In this document: one piece after another, positions 39,501-60,131 of the stretch
How positions within the stretch are numbered: position 1 is the stretch's first letter
How the letters are laid out: each line of letters begins with the position of its first letter
Assembly: GCA_001244265.2 (NCBI GenBank)
Contig: LN717261.1
Coordinates: forward strand, 1,751,591 to 1,815,590
Source of the DNA: Microbotryum violaceum
Taxonomy: Eukaryota
DNA length: 64,000 nt
Direction: 5' to 3'
The notes under the pieces: model-generated
Databases searched by the model: none
Seen by the model: only the letters and a program-made list of their open reading frames with translations
Told to the model about the DNA's origin: nothing
Made by a program: the position numbers and the translations under genes

Positions 39501-41742
39501 GCCGAGTCCATGATCGCAATGTCATTGGACGAATCTACACCGTCCCACTGCGTAGTGGGGAGTGCTTTTACCCAGACTGCTCCTCGAGGTCGTCATGGGC
39601 CCGACATCGTTTGCGGACCTGCTCATGTTCGAAGACGTCGTGTATCCTTCCTATCGCGCCGCTTGCGGACTTCTCGCCGACGATAGCGAGCATCACATCT
39701 GTCTCAGGGAAGCTGCACAGATTGAAACCGGTGACCAACTACGCCGATTATTCGTGTTCATGCTCATCCATGCGACGGTTGCCAACCCACCAGCTTTGCT
39801 GGATCGTCACTTTGCTTATCTTAGCGACGATGCCCGTTATCACATCGAACGCTATGAAGACGTGCCCGTCAACAATCAAACCATCCGCCTGTGGACCCTC
39901 AACAAGATTCGTCTCCTCCTTGCGGCAAACGATCGAACTTTGGCCTTCTTTGATCTTCCCGAGCTGACCGAGGACGAAGTGCGGCTGTTTGATCGTCTCG
40001 AGGAACGGCTTCCCCGTTTTGATCGCCAGCAATGCGCGCAAGATGCCGAAGCGGCGCATGCCCGTCTGAACCACGACCAACGAATTGCATTTGACGAGTG
40101 TCTTTGCGCGGTCGAGCTCGATGTCGTCGATCAGATGCGCGACAACAACCTTGGGCCGCAGCATGTGTTTTTCCTGCTAGCACCTGGGGGTACTGGCAAG
40201 ACTTTTGTGGAAAATGCCCTTCTCGATACTGTGCGAGCTCGAGGCGACCAAGCGATTGCGGTGGCGTCGTCCGGAGTAGCGGCGTTGCTTCTCAAGGGAG
40301 GACACACGGCGCATTCAACTTTTCGATTCCCACTCGACACCTTGCCAACCTCGACGTGTCCAGTCGACAGGGAGAGTGATCTCGCGCTGATGCTGCGTAC
40401 CACCAAGCTCATCATTTGGGATGAAGCCCCAATGGCGCATCGATTCGCGGTGGAAGCTGTCGACCGTTTACTGCGTGATCTCCAAGAGACCGAGGAGCAC
40501 TTCGACGGGGTGACAATGATCTTTGCGGGTCAGTTGGGCTCTTCCGCCTCCGCTCTGAACAGCGGCATGCTAACGAGGTTTCCAATTTGTAGGGGACTTT
40601 CGCCAGTGCCTCCCTGTCGTTCCCAAAGGAACTCCCGGTCAAATTGTCGATGCATCCCTTATCAAGGCAGACTTCTGGCGCGACGTTCGTGTCTTGCGAC
40701 TTACCGAGAACATGCGTCTCAGCTCGAACGCTGATGCGATGGACGAGGCTCAATTGGCTCGAACGCGCGACTTTGCGGAATGGCTACTCACCGTGGGAGA
40801 TGGAACTGCCAACATGCACCCATACGACAAGATTGCAGTACGTTTCGCTCCCCTCTTTTACCCAACCAACCGACACTAAGACCCCTTCTATCCGTTTCGC
40901 AGCTGCCTGATTACCTGCTGCTTCCGGACGGTCAAAGAACGGCCGAAGGGTTGATCAACTTTGTCTACCCCGGTTTAAGGACCGTGAACAAGGAGTCCCT
41001 CGAAGACCTGATTCAGCTGTTCTCACGTCAGGCAATCCTAGCTCCGCATAATGCAACGGTCGATCGCATCAATGCCAAGCTGCTGGAAGAGTTCAATGGC
41101 GACTACATCGAGTATCGCAGCGCAGACGAGGTCGTTGAGGCAGGCGATACTGGGGGTGGAATGGCGCCGGAACTGATTTCGCCAGAGTATCTACATTCAA
41201 TCAACCCATCCAACTTCCCCGCGCATCACTTGCGTCTCAAGGAAGGGATCCCCGTCGTTCTTCTTCGCAATTTGGACCCAGACGCGGGCCTCTGCAACGG
41301 TACCCGCCTGATCGTGTCGCACGCAAGATCGAGAGTCATTCAAGCCATCATCTTGACCGGAGATCGAGCGGGCACCACGGTCTTCATCCCTCGCGTGCGA
41401 CTTGAGACAAATGCGACTGGCAGTCGCCAACTTGGTTTCACTATGCGCCGGCTCCAATTCCCGCTTCGCGTTGCCTTGGCCATGACGATCAACAAAGCCC
41501 AAGGTCAATCACTCGATCGTGTTGGCGTTGATCTCTCCCTACATCCCGTCTTCACTCATGGGCAGCTGTATGTGGCATTGTCTCGAGCCATGAGTGTTGA
41601 TCGAATCAAGGTGCTACTGCCCTCTCGCGACCCCGCCGATGATGACGACGACCTACAAGCCGTTGATCGAGCGGCAGCCGCAGCCACCGCGACCCCAAAC
41701 CCAGTATTCCGCTCTGTTCTCAGAGGAATGAATGGGGAATAG
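36572..41742 (+). pseudogene. Helitron RepHel (HUH Rep plus PIF1 helicase), with stops and frameshifts
   Basis: [96 protein letters not shown]. Confidence 0.93.
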
Positions 41743-41843
41743 TACTGAAGCTGTCCTTTGTATTGTGTGTTTTACCTTCAACTGAGATCACGATTCTGCT
41801 ATTTAATTTTCATCCTCCCGTTAATTTAACGGGTTCCCACTGG
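36572..41843 (+). mobile_element. Helitron 1 (5' end not defined)
   Basis: RepHel gene; 3' hairpin CCCGTTAATTTAACGGG followed by CTGG|T at 41840-41843; homology with the inverted copy ends at the same point (63120). Confidence 0.85.
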
Positions 41844-42529
41844 TTTTGTCCAACGTCAAACTTTGTTTGGAATAACTGCAGATTGTCTGTCAGACTCACA
41901 ACTTGCAGGGCTACTCTTTCGGCGATCAAAGACTACAGAATTATTTTTGGGTATTCTATTGTCTTCATGCGCTGGGCATTGTCCAGCATACATCTTCAAG
42001 CGAAGCACAGCAGTGACATCCTGATCCCCAGACCTACAACGTTTGATTTCGAGGGTAGCCAAATGGTGTGCTGCAATCACTGAATCGCCTGGTCCCTCGG
42101 CGGAGCGACCTAGAGGGCCAGCCCAACTACTACTAGATGTTATAATAGAGGCTGACTCGGGGTACACTTTGTGTGTTCAGCCTCGAGCACAAGCTTGCCT
42201 CTGCCTCCAGAAAGGCAGTGGTCGGAGCACTTGTTTGTGATATCCGAGTCCGAGGCAAAGTTGCAACTCAGGGCATGTCCAAGTTGTGATCCTCCTTTTT
42301 CTGAACATGGGGCAACGTCATGGAAACTAGGACACAGTTAATCTAAGCTGAATCTGTTGCAAAGAAAGACAGAGACCTGACTCCTTCCCCTTTCTCACCC
42401 TCACCGGCCGGGCCAGCGATCACATCCAACACGCCAAACCTACTGACGGCAAAGCCGCAGGTGGTCTCCATCCAACACTAGTTGATGACACCCATGATGT
42501 AAGTAGTAATGTATATGTTTGTTTTTGTG

Positions 42530-42920
42530 TGCTCCAGCGTCTGATGATTGGGCTGACACGGGTGTGTGCAGTCATTAGGAAGATGGAGTCACAGGGGGTG
42601 CTGGAGGCCGGCATGGTTCCGCCTGTTCCCATTTGGACCCGGAGAACATTCTCGACCTGCCCGATTACAGTCGATTTTATGCCGAGGTTCGGGAGAGGCT
42701 TTTTGCCGGTCGCAGGTACGCCAAAGGATATCCCACGCAATTCCCCGTGACTGTTGATGAGCACCCTGGCCGACTTGCACAAGGATATCCTACGCCTACC
42801 AGGTGAAGGTGATTGGTGTGCGGTTGTCTGCACCGACGAGGCTCGCGCTTGGAGCCGGCAAACCTTTGGTGCATATCGCATGGGCCTGATGTAGTTTCCT
42901 TGCCTGATGTGCGGCAGATG
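42530..42920 (+). pseudogene. Frameshifted homolog of the Helitron-associated gene at 60132-61433
   Basis: PPVPIW / ENILDLPDYSRFYAEVRERLFAGRRYAKGYPTQFPVTVDEH / ADLHKDILRLPGEGDWCAVVCTDEARAWS. Confidence 0.65.
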
Positions 42921-43905
42921 ACACGGGTCAGGGTCGTCGGCTGAGCTTCCTCTACTCTGCACCGGACGCAGTTTCCGATTCGGCTCGCAATGGCTATGAC
43001 GATCAACAAGTCGCAAGGCCAGTCACTCGCGCAGGTGGTCGACTCTTTTGTAGAAGCGCGGCTAGGTAGCGGGGTATGAGTCGAGTTGCAGTATCAGGCA
43101 TGAAACCCGGCATCCCGTAACAAACGGAATGGGTTGAAAGAAAGTACCCACAAGACAAGAGACCCAGAGATCAGAAGAGAGATAATAAAAGAGAGAAAAG
43201 ATACCAAAAAGGTTATTTTATTTTATTTTTAGGGTGGGTGGGAGGAGCTCAAAAATAGGACACTTTGCTTGGAAAGCGTGGATGCTATTAGTACTCAGAA
43301 ATACTGCAAAGACTGGGAGGCTTGGCATACCTTTGCTTGGAAAGCGTGACACACTTGAAAGAAGGAAACCGACCCTGAACGCTGGCACGTTGGGTGGCAA
43401 GTGTAGTCTGTAGCGCAAGGTAGCCAAGTAAGCCAACATGCCCAACAAGGACAGTTGTAAGCAGGAGTACCAAAAGGTAGAGCCTGATGCGGGGAAGTGA
43501 TGTACCTTAGCTCCGGGAGTGTGACTCGGTACTCAGCAGAAGAAGGTGCGGCTACACTGGCAGGTGTAGGGCAGAACGGCTGCATACAGGGTATGAACAG
43601 TCAGTCAACAATCCAATAAGGAAGGTTGAGAAGAAGAGGCGTACACAGTGGGCAGCTGTCCGTCGTAGTCTGGCAGGGCAGAAGACTGGGAGGCAGCGTG
43701 TTCGTATCGCTGGGGAGGTCCTGTGAGATGCTCGGAACCTGTCAGCCAGAGGGCGTGAGGGCAGGAAGAGATCTAGGACGGCAACCAACCTTGGCAGAAG
43801 GTGGCAAAGGTACGCAGCAAATACTGGTACGGCAACAGCAGGCAGTGCGGAACTGACCCAGTGCGGCGGGAGCGTGCTTGGGGAAATTTCTGCGCGGGTG
43901 CGGCT

Positions 43906-46900
43906 TATGATGTTAAGCAACGCACAGACCTGCTCAAGCAGTGGTAAGTCTCTGATCGACGGACCAAAGGAGACCAGACCAAGAAGTTGCTTGACACACC
44001 TGCTCAAGCAGTGGTAAGTCTCTGATCGACGGACCAAAGGAGACCAGACCAAGAAGTTGCTTGAGCAGGAGAGAGAGAGGCGCGCAGGACCAGCTAGTTG
44101 GGGGCAAGTGCGCGCGTCTGGCCAGAAGACGGAAGATAGACGGCAAAGGCCGGGTCTAAAGGAGAATAAAGGTAGAGACACAGGGGCCATGATGCTAGAA
44201 GGAAATAGGAGAGAATTAAAGTACTTTGAGAATCTCACACCCCCCCGACTTCGAGCATCAGGGAGAGCAGATGCCAAGGCGGCCACGGTGACGCGCAAAG
44301 AGGTCGCGGGCTAGAGCCTTAGTGAAAATGTCGGCGGTCATGTCGGCCGTGTTGATGTACTGGACAGCGACATCACCAAGGGCGACCATGTCGCGGACAA
44401 AGTGCTCGCGAAGCCGGATGTGGCGGGTGCGGGCATGGAAAACCGGGTTCCGAGTGAGAGCGTTGACGCCTTGGTTGTCGCCAAGCACGAGAGTCGGAGC
44501 AGAAGAGGGGAGACCCAACTCACCAAAGAGTTGACGCAGGAAAACGGCGTCCTTGCCGGCATGCGAGAGGGCCAGGTATTCGGCGTCGCAAGTGGAGTTG
44601 GCCACGCAAGACTGGAGGCGCGAGGACCACGAGATGGCGCCACCAGCATAGAGGAAAGCATAGCCCATGGTCGACTTGGAGGAGAGCACACAGGCACCCC
44701 AGTTGCAATCGGAGTAGCCAATTACGGGAGCAGAGTCGCCGTGGGAATAGCACAGGCCGTGCGAGAGTGTTCCAGCAAGGTAACGGAAAACGTGTTTGAT
44801 AGCACCCCAGGCAGCTTCGGATGGGGACCGGGAGAATCGAGCCAAGTAACCGACAGCGTAGGCCAGATCGGGGCGAGTGCCAGTGGATGCGTACATGAGC
44901 GAGCCAACGGCCTGAAGATAGCGGGTGCGGTCCGCAAATGGGGTAGGGTTGGTCTCAATCTCAAGGTGGAGGTCGGATTTCATCGGGGTGGCAACCGGGT
45001 GGGCGTTCGACATGCCAAAACGAGCGAGGATGTCCTTGAGGTACTGCTCCTGGCTTAGCGTGATCGAGCCATCGGAGGAACGCCGGATTTGGATGCCCAG
45101 GACATATTCCGCTTCACCAAGACGCTTGACACCGTAACATCGTTCAAGGCCCTGGAGGGTGCGCTCAATTTCGGGTAGGGAGGGACCAATCATGAGGAGG
45201 TCGTCGACGTAAAGCGCGATGTAGTGGTGGACGTCCCCAACGGTTTTGACGTAGACGCAGTGGTCGGACTCAGTGGCAATATAACCCAGCCCAAGGAGGG
45301 TAGAGTCAATTTCGTCGTTCCAGATGCGACCAGCCTGGCGTAAGCCGTAGAGGGAACGGTGCAATTGTAGAACTTGACCGGGCAGGGCAATGCCCTCGGG
45401 GACACGCATGTACAAAGGCTTGTCGAGCTTCCCATGAAGATACACTTTGTCGATGTCAGCCTGGTGAACGTGGTAGCCTCGGGCAGCAGACAGGGCCAGC
45501 AGAGCACGAATTGAAGTGAACTTGGCAACGGGCGCAAAGGTCTCGTCGAAATCGATACCGGATCGTTGGGAATCACCGCGGGCGACAAGGCGGCCTTTGT
45601 ATGACTTGACCTTCCCAAACTGGTCGCGTTTGGTGCGGAAAACGAAGCGAGAGCCGATGATTTTGGCGTCGGCGGGGACGAGGGATTGGTCGATGGGCGT
45701 GAAAGCGGAGAAATCGCGAGAGAGTGAGTCAAATTCATCACGAGCCGCAAGACGCCACTCATCTGCCTGTGGTGAAGCCATAGCAGCACGCCAGTGGGGT
45801 GGGTCGCGCGCAGGGGCAACAAGCTCAGCGGGGTCGACGGTAGAAGTGTCCAGAAGGGCGGCGGCGGCGTCCGCAAGGTAGCACACAGGCGCAGGTGAGT
45901 GAAGGGCGTCATCAACATCATCGGAGAACTCCGGGGCAAGGCATAGGGCGGAGAAATCATAGGAGCTGGGCCGGAGTCGAGGAGAGGGACAAGGCGTAGA
46001 AAAAGCCGAGTCAGGGCTGCCCTGGTCAGGGGCGCCGCCTTGGTCAGAGGCAAAGGGTGCGGGCAATGCCTGGTCAGGGACATTACGAGCAAGGGCCGGC
46101 GAGCCTTGGTCAGAGGCATCAGGTGCCGGGATAAGCTGCTCAGCGCGAGGCACAGGGGAGCGGGGGGGGACAGGAAGCAACGGCTGGGGGGGGTCAGCCT
46201 GGTCAGGGCGTGACGCAACAACATCTGGGAGAGGGTTGGCCGGAGAGAACAAAGCGGGAGTCGGTGTCGAGGCGGGGAACTCGGATTCACGGAAAAGGAC
46301 GTTCCGACTGAGGAGCACCTTGCGAGTAGTCGGATTGAACAGGCGGTAGGCCTTTGAATGGAAGGGCATGCGCTTTGGAAGCGAGACATGCATTGCAATG
46401 GAAGGTCCTACACTCCTCGTCCGAGTAATCCCACGCCACACCAGTAACCATCCCTTTTTGAACGATTTTCTTGAGAAGGAGGACGGGGAGGTGCGCAAGG
46501 CGGTTGTGTAGGGTAAGCAAGGACACGTGGGAGGGCGAAGCGAGCAGAGCGTGGGGCCTACAAGGTGCAGGAGTGAGGTCCAGAGTGTAGAGGTCATTGG
46601 CGATGGCCCGAGCGGTGGCGACGGCGGTACCAGCGGTGTTGCGGATGGTGGCGACGTTGGAACCGAACGAGACCGTGAAATCGAGGCGGTCGAGGCGTCG
46701 AACGGACAACAAGTTGCAAGGCAACGAGGGCACATGAAGAACGTCAGCAACGGCGATGCGACCGGAAGTCGTGTCGAGCGCCACGGAGCCGGAACCGGTG
46801 GATGGTAGGGAGCCCGCAACACCAGCAACGTGCGGTCCCTTGACGGGCTGCAAGTGCGTAAAGAGGCGAACGTCGTTGGCCATATGCCGATTGGCGCCGG

Positions 46901-48312
46901 AGTCCAGGAGCCAGGCCCCCTTGTCGAACGGGGAGGAGGCCGAGAGAAAGCAGGCGGAGTAGATCGCAGGTGAGAGGTGCTCGTCGGCGACAGATGGCGC
47001 GGCAGCGGGAGAGGCAGCGGGCTGGGAAGGCTTGCGGTCGCCGGCGGGCTTGTTACTGTTCTCGATGGCACGACGCGCGCGGAAGGAGGCTGGCCAAGCG
47101 GTGTCGGGGCAGTCCCTGAGCCAATGCATCTTGCGACACTTTGGGTTGGGGCACGGGGTTCGAGGAGCGCGGGTGTCGCGAGCGGAGGATCGAGCAAGCG
47201 CCGCGGTGGGAGCGTCGACTGGACGAGCGCGAATGTCGCGTAGGAGGCGATCGAAAATCGCCGAGACAGACGGCAGGGTTGTCGAATCACCCTGGTCGTT
47301 GACGAAGGTCGAGCGCCACGACTCGAGCGATGGCGGTAGCCGGGAGAGGAGGTGCGAGGCGACGAGAGAGTCGACAGTGACCTTCGACGAGGTGAGCAGA
47401 CGAAGCTGATTCTCGAAACCGTCACGGAACTGGAGGAACGAGTCCGTGGTGGCGGGGAGCTCCTCGGTGCTGAAGAGCGTGACTACGGCCGGAAGGAGGT
47501 CAACAGCCGAGGTGGCGCCGTAACGAGAACGGAGAGCCTGCCAGATCTTCGGCGCGCCGTCGCTATCGTCGAGGAAGGTCGACAAACCGGGGAGGACCAA
47601 GCGAGGGTCGACAGACGAGCAGAGCGAGGAAAGGGCGTAGTGGTCCCATAACGGGACGATCGAGGGGGGCCACGAAGTGCATGGCTCACCGCTCTCCAGG
47701 TACCGGAGGACACCGGCCGGCAAACGCGAGCGGACGACAAGGAGCCAATCCTGGTAGCCCGCCGAGTCGCGGAGGAGTTCCGTTGCAGCAAACGAGGCTG
47801 GCTGCTGCGGCGGACGAGCGACGATAGGGGCGATAGCGGCTTCAAGGGAGGTGCCGGGCTGGGGCGTAGCGCCGGGCGCGGACTTGGGAGGCATAGCGGG
47901 GCGGCGCGAGCGTGCGAAGAAAAAAAACGAAACGGACGCGAAAGCGACCGTGCTGGTAGATCGTGTGGGCTTATAACCTATGATGTTAAGCAACGCACAG
48001 ACCTGCTCAAGCAGTGGTAAGTCTCTGATCGACGGACCAAAGGAGACCAGACCAAGAAGTTGCTTGACACACCTGCTCAAGCAGTGGTAAGTCTCTGATC
48101 GACGGACCAAAGGAGACCAGACCAAGAAGTTGCTTGAGCAGGAGAGAGAGAGGCGCGCAGGACCAGCTAGTTGGGGGCAAGTGCGCGCGTCTGGCCAGAA
48201 GACGGAAGATAGACGGCAAAGGCCGGGTCTAAAGGAGAATAAAGGTAGAGACACAGGGGCCATGATGCTAGAAGGAAATAGGAGAGAATTAAAGTACTTT
48301 GAGAATCTCACA
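43906..48312 (-). mobile_element. Ty1/copia copy 2 (same family), integrase core deleted
   Basis: 334-bp LTRs at 43906-44239 and 47979-48312; TSD CGGCT (43901-43905 and 48313-48317); gag-pol at 44258-47894 lacks 635 bp present in copy 1. Confidence 0.97.
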
Positions 48313-48339
48313 CGGCTTACGGGCCAAGGCTTATGCTCG

Positions 48340-48502
48340 AGGCAGGCGTGCGGGCACGGCTTACGGCAGGAGGCCTGCTTGCGGGCACGGCTTACGGCGG
48401 GAGGCCTGCGTGCGGGCACGGCTTACGGCTGGGGGTGTTGAAGTCGCGCGCGCTAAAGTCCTCAGCGTCAAACTCTTGCAGCAAAAGCCGAAAAGCGAGA
48501 GG
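48340..48502 (+). repeat. ~31-bp tandem repeats, G5 PPT and a truncated TGTTG LTR start from another LTR element
   Basis: gcgggcacggcttacggc occurs three times, then GGGGG-TGTTGAAG at 48431-48443. Confidence 0.5.
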
Positions 48503-49008
48503 CTGTCTGGAGACGCCCGTCTTTTCTTACGGCCAGTTGTACGTCGCGTTGTCTCGAGCAACGAAATAAGTGGATGGTGTCAGAGTTTTGCTTCATCAGA
48601 CAGAGAAAGAAGAAGCAGACAATGTAACAGAAAACATCGTCTTCAGAATGGTTTTTGAGTTGATGAGATGAAGAATTATGCCAAAGCTCCATAGTGAAGC
48701 TCCGCCAATTCCAATTAGCAGGTGAAGGATGGCGATGTCGGGAGGCATCCAGGAAAAGGTCCACACTCTCGACGCGGGTCTCGACGACGATCTCAGCCCA
48801 TCATCGGGCTTCCAGAGAACAAAAAAAGAGTTCAGTGATGAAATGAAGGCTCTGTACATTTGATTGTCGTCGCGCGCTTCTCTCCCAACTTCAACCACTA
48901 CGCTTCCGTTACCCAACAGTACCGCAGCTGTTGCAGCAAAGTACATCACATTGCAGGTCAACTCTTACGGTGTGAGGTGGCACGCGGAGCGCGCCGCCGA
49001 ACCTAGTA

Positions 49009-49117
49009 TCCTTAAAACTTAAAGAATAAAAAAACGTCGTCGAGACAAAGAACATTCTAGAACGAGACAAACCACGTGGCGTGACGTCATGGCGCGCTTC
49101 GCGCGCCACCGCACTAG
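49009..49117 (+). mobile_element. Mini non-autonomous Helitron (~109 bp)
   Basis: A|TC start, hairpin TGGCGCGCTTCGCGCGCCA, CTAG|T end; a related copy lies at 62667-62808. Confidence 0.65.
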
Positions 49118-50067
49118 TCTTCTATACTACTAAATGGATCAGTCACGTCAGAAAAAGAACGTTCTAGAATACTACTAAATGAATCAGTCACGTCAGACAA
49201 AGAACGTTCTAGAACAAAAGACAGCCCACGTGGCGTGACGTCATAGGCAGCTCTCGGTCTAGCGCGTCTCCGGAACTAGCTAGCGCTGATTCAGCATGGT
49301 CGGCCCGCGACAGACCGTTTCGCCCACGTTCGCCGAGGTTCCATTTACCATCAAAGCAATCTGGCACATGATCCTCTGCTTCCCGAAGCAGACTGAGACA
49401 TCCTGTTTTGCATGTCTACCACATCGTAGCGTAATTCCTTCAACCATCCAGTTCCTGCCACTGCCGAAATGCGAAATGTGTCATTGCAAACATTCACATA
49501 CAGACAATCTTCACGGAGAACACAGGGGCAGCAGACACGTCGGCAACGTGAGCGGCCTGAGTACCTGAGAGCGCCCGCGAGGCTGACAATACAAAAACAA
49601 CAAAAAATGGAGCGCGCCGCCAGCGAGGCTGCTTCTCGCTCCTCCGCACAACCCGACCTCCGCTCTAATAATCGCATAAACGCCGCCGCCAACAACCTCC
49701 GCCACCCCCGAAATGTCATCTGCAAACTTTCACGTCCCGTCTCCCCTAGAACAACCTTCACGGAGAGCACAGGGGCAGCAGAGACGTCGGCAACGTGAGC
49801 GAGCTGAGCGCGCCGCTCGCAAGGCTGCTCGCGTCCCTCCGCACAACTCGATTCCGTCTCTAATCGCAGTCTCCGCACAACCCGACTCCGGTTTTAATCG
49901 CACAGTCACCGCCAACAACAACTTCGAACAATCGCAGATCCGAAGCTCAACGCCAACGACGCCTTCGCGAGAAGCAGCAACGCGAAATCGATCAACACGA
50001 CGTCGCGCAAGATGGATCGTCAAGTCGACCTGCACAGGCAGCAGGCAGTCTCAATGTCCCGCGGCAA

Positions 50068-51497
50068 ATGCGACGGGCCCGCAGTCCTTCACCTCGGGGC
50101 TTGAGATTCGTTCGTCCACGCATGGAAGCGGTTTCAAGCCTTTCTCGCGTCACCGGTTCAAGTAAGGAAGCAACTGCCACTTCAGCCACTACTGTCGTCG
50201 ATCAGCAATCTGCGGGGCAGCGTCAACGACAACAACGCGCAAGAGAGCCATCGGGCCAGACCGTCCCAACAGCGCTGCTACCGTTGCCAGAAGGGCCTTT
50301 TCCCCGACACAATCTTGGATCAATGACGTTGCAATGTCCGATCTGTTCGGCTCTACACTGGGAGTTCGAAAAATCACCGACCCCAGGCGGCGCCACACCG
50401 TTCAAACTCTGTTGCGCGGACGGCAAAGTTCGATTGCCCGGGATCGAAAAACCCCCGCCCGAGCTGCTCGAGCTCCTGACTGGCGATGGCCCAGGTTAGT
50501 ACACATCAATTCGTTCAGCTTGTTAGAATGGGTACAGCGGACTAACGGCCTCGCTGACTATCCGTGAAACAGTTGAGAAGATTTTTCGGGTCCGCATTCT
50601 TGCATTCAACGAAAGCTTTGCTGTGGCATCATTCGGCACAAGTAAAGGTCATGGCATCATCAGCGGCGCCGGACCGCCATCTTTCTACCTGAGCGGAACG
50701 GGTTTTCACCGTATCGGCACGCTGGCACCAGGCCCAGCAGACGACCCCGTCTTTGCCCAGATTCTCTTCCTGGCTCCGACTGAACGCATCGAAGTCCGAC
50801 AAAGATTCAACGGACCGCCTGAAGAGGTTCGACGTCTGGACTCGGTGTATCAGCAGATCGTTCCTGTACTCGACGGCATGCTGCGCGTCCACAACAGACG
50901 CGTCAAACTGTTCCTAACGGCAAAAGATTTCATGAAAAGTGCAACGTCTCACATGTACAAGCTCCGCTTACGTGCACCGCGCAATCGAGACCCGAGAACG
51001 TACAACTTGCCGACGCAAGAGGAGGTGGCCGTCATACTACCCGGAGACGACACCGAGTACCGATCTTCAAGAAGAGAGATCGTCGCGCGGTTACGTCACC
51101 CGCCAAACAATGACAGCCGCGGAATTCAGCTCATTCACGATGGTCACCCTGCACTCATGGCACTCACATACCCGATATTGTTACCGTATGGCGAGGACTG
51201 GTACCACAACAGAATCCCCCTCAGCCAAAACGCTATCGCAACAGAGGCAGCACGGCGCGTGCGAGACGAAAACGGTGTATTGCAGCGCACAACAGATAAC
51301 GCCAACGCCAACCCACAAACCGGAAGGGCCGGATCCAAACGCGTGACACAGAGCCAATTCAACGCGTATTACTTCCATATTTGTCCTCACAATATCAGTT
51401 ACCCGACGCTGTTCCTAGGGGGGCGGTTGTTCCAGAAATTTGTCGCGGACGCCTGGGCAATGACTGAACAAGAACGGCTATATTGGATGAGAGCGAA
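50068..51497 (+). pseudogene. Helitron 2 RepHel, N-terminal part
   Basis: [60 protein letters not shown]. Confidence 0.88.
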
Positions 51498-51678
51498 TGT
51501 CAGGGTTGAGGTTGCTGAGCCGTAGCCAGCAGGTGATAGCGAGGATGACGGGACGAGATGCGGGATTGATGTAGTTGTTCTTGTAAGAGTACTAGAACAG
51601 AGGCCGAGGGAGCTGGAGGTTACTGGGGGAGTTGACTATGAGATCAAGATTGCAGAAGGAAGACAAGAGCGATTTCTA

Positions 51679-51870
<192 letters not shown>

Positions 51871-51882
51871 TCACCCCCGGGT

Positions 51883-56924
<5,042 letters not shown>

Positions 56925-56967
56925 CTATGAGATCAAGATTGCAGAAGGAAGACAAGAGCGATTTCTA

Positions 56968-59662
<2,695 letters not shown>

Positions 59663-60131
59663 AGAGTTATGTCAAAGCTCCATAGTGAAGCTCCGCCAAT
59701 TCCAATTCCAATTAACTGGGGAGGAATAGAGGTCCAGGTGACTCCTGACCGCTGGGAGCGCTGGAAATGATGGCACCTTGACTAATTCCCCAACCGGCAA
59801 CAGTGGCTGTGGCCCGACTGAGCGGATCATCGATGTCCGGGTGACTGCTCTAATTCCCCAACGGCGACAGTGGCTGTGGCCTGACTGGGCGGATCATGGA
59901 AGCCCGGCGAACGTGATGGGTGGTGTCCGCCAGTGCGCCAATTCCGCCGATAGGCGCCCCCGCCAGCGTGTCACGGCTTGCCGACACTGACCTTCACTCC
60001 ACGTCGTTCCGCGACCTTCCGCGACATTTTAAGAGCCCGATTTAAATTGACGGGCAGACTCCTCCATCTCTCTCCCTCCTACTCTGCACACCTCCTTCGC
60101 ACCTTAGCTTTCGCACCTCCTCCCATCGCAC

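Larger units (their letters stand above)
42925..49006 (+). mobile_element. Deleted Helitron family-2 derivative (helicase tail plus 3' terminus), split by nested LTR elements
   Basis: 42925-43036 and 48503-48720 match 59380-59710; 48750-49006 matches 62410-62666, including the hairpin and CTAG. Confidence 0.8.

Noticed and set aside
44258..48419. Novel 1055-aa and 710-aa proteins
   Set aside because: Artefacts of the 635-bp deletion joining alternative frames, plus read-through across the LTR.
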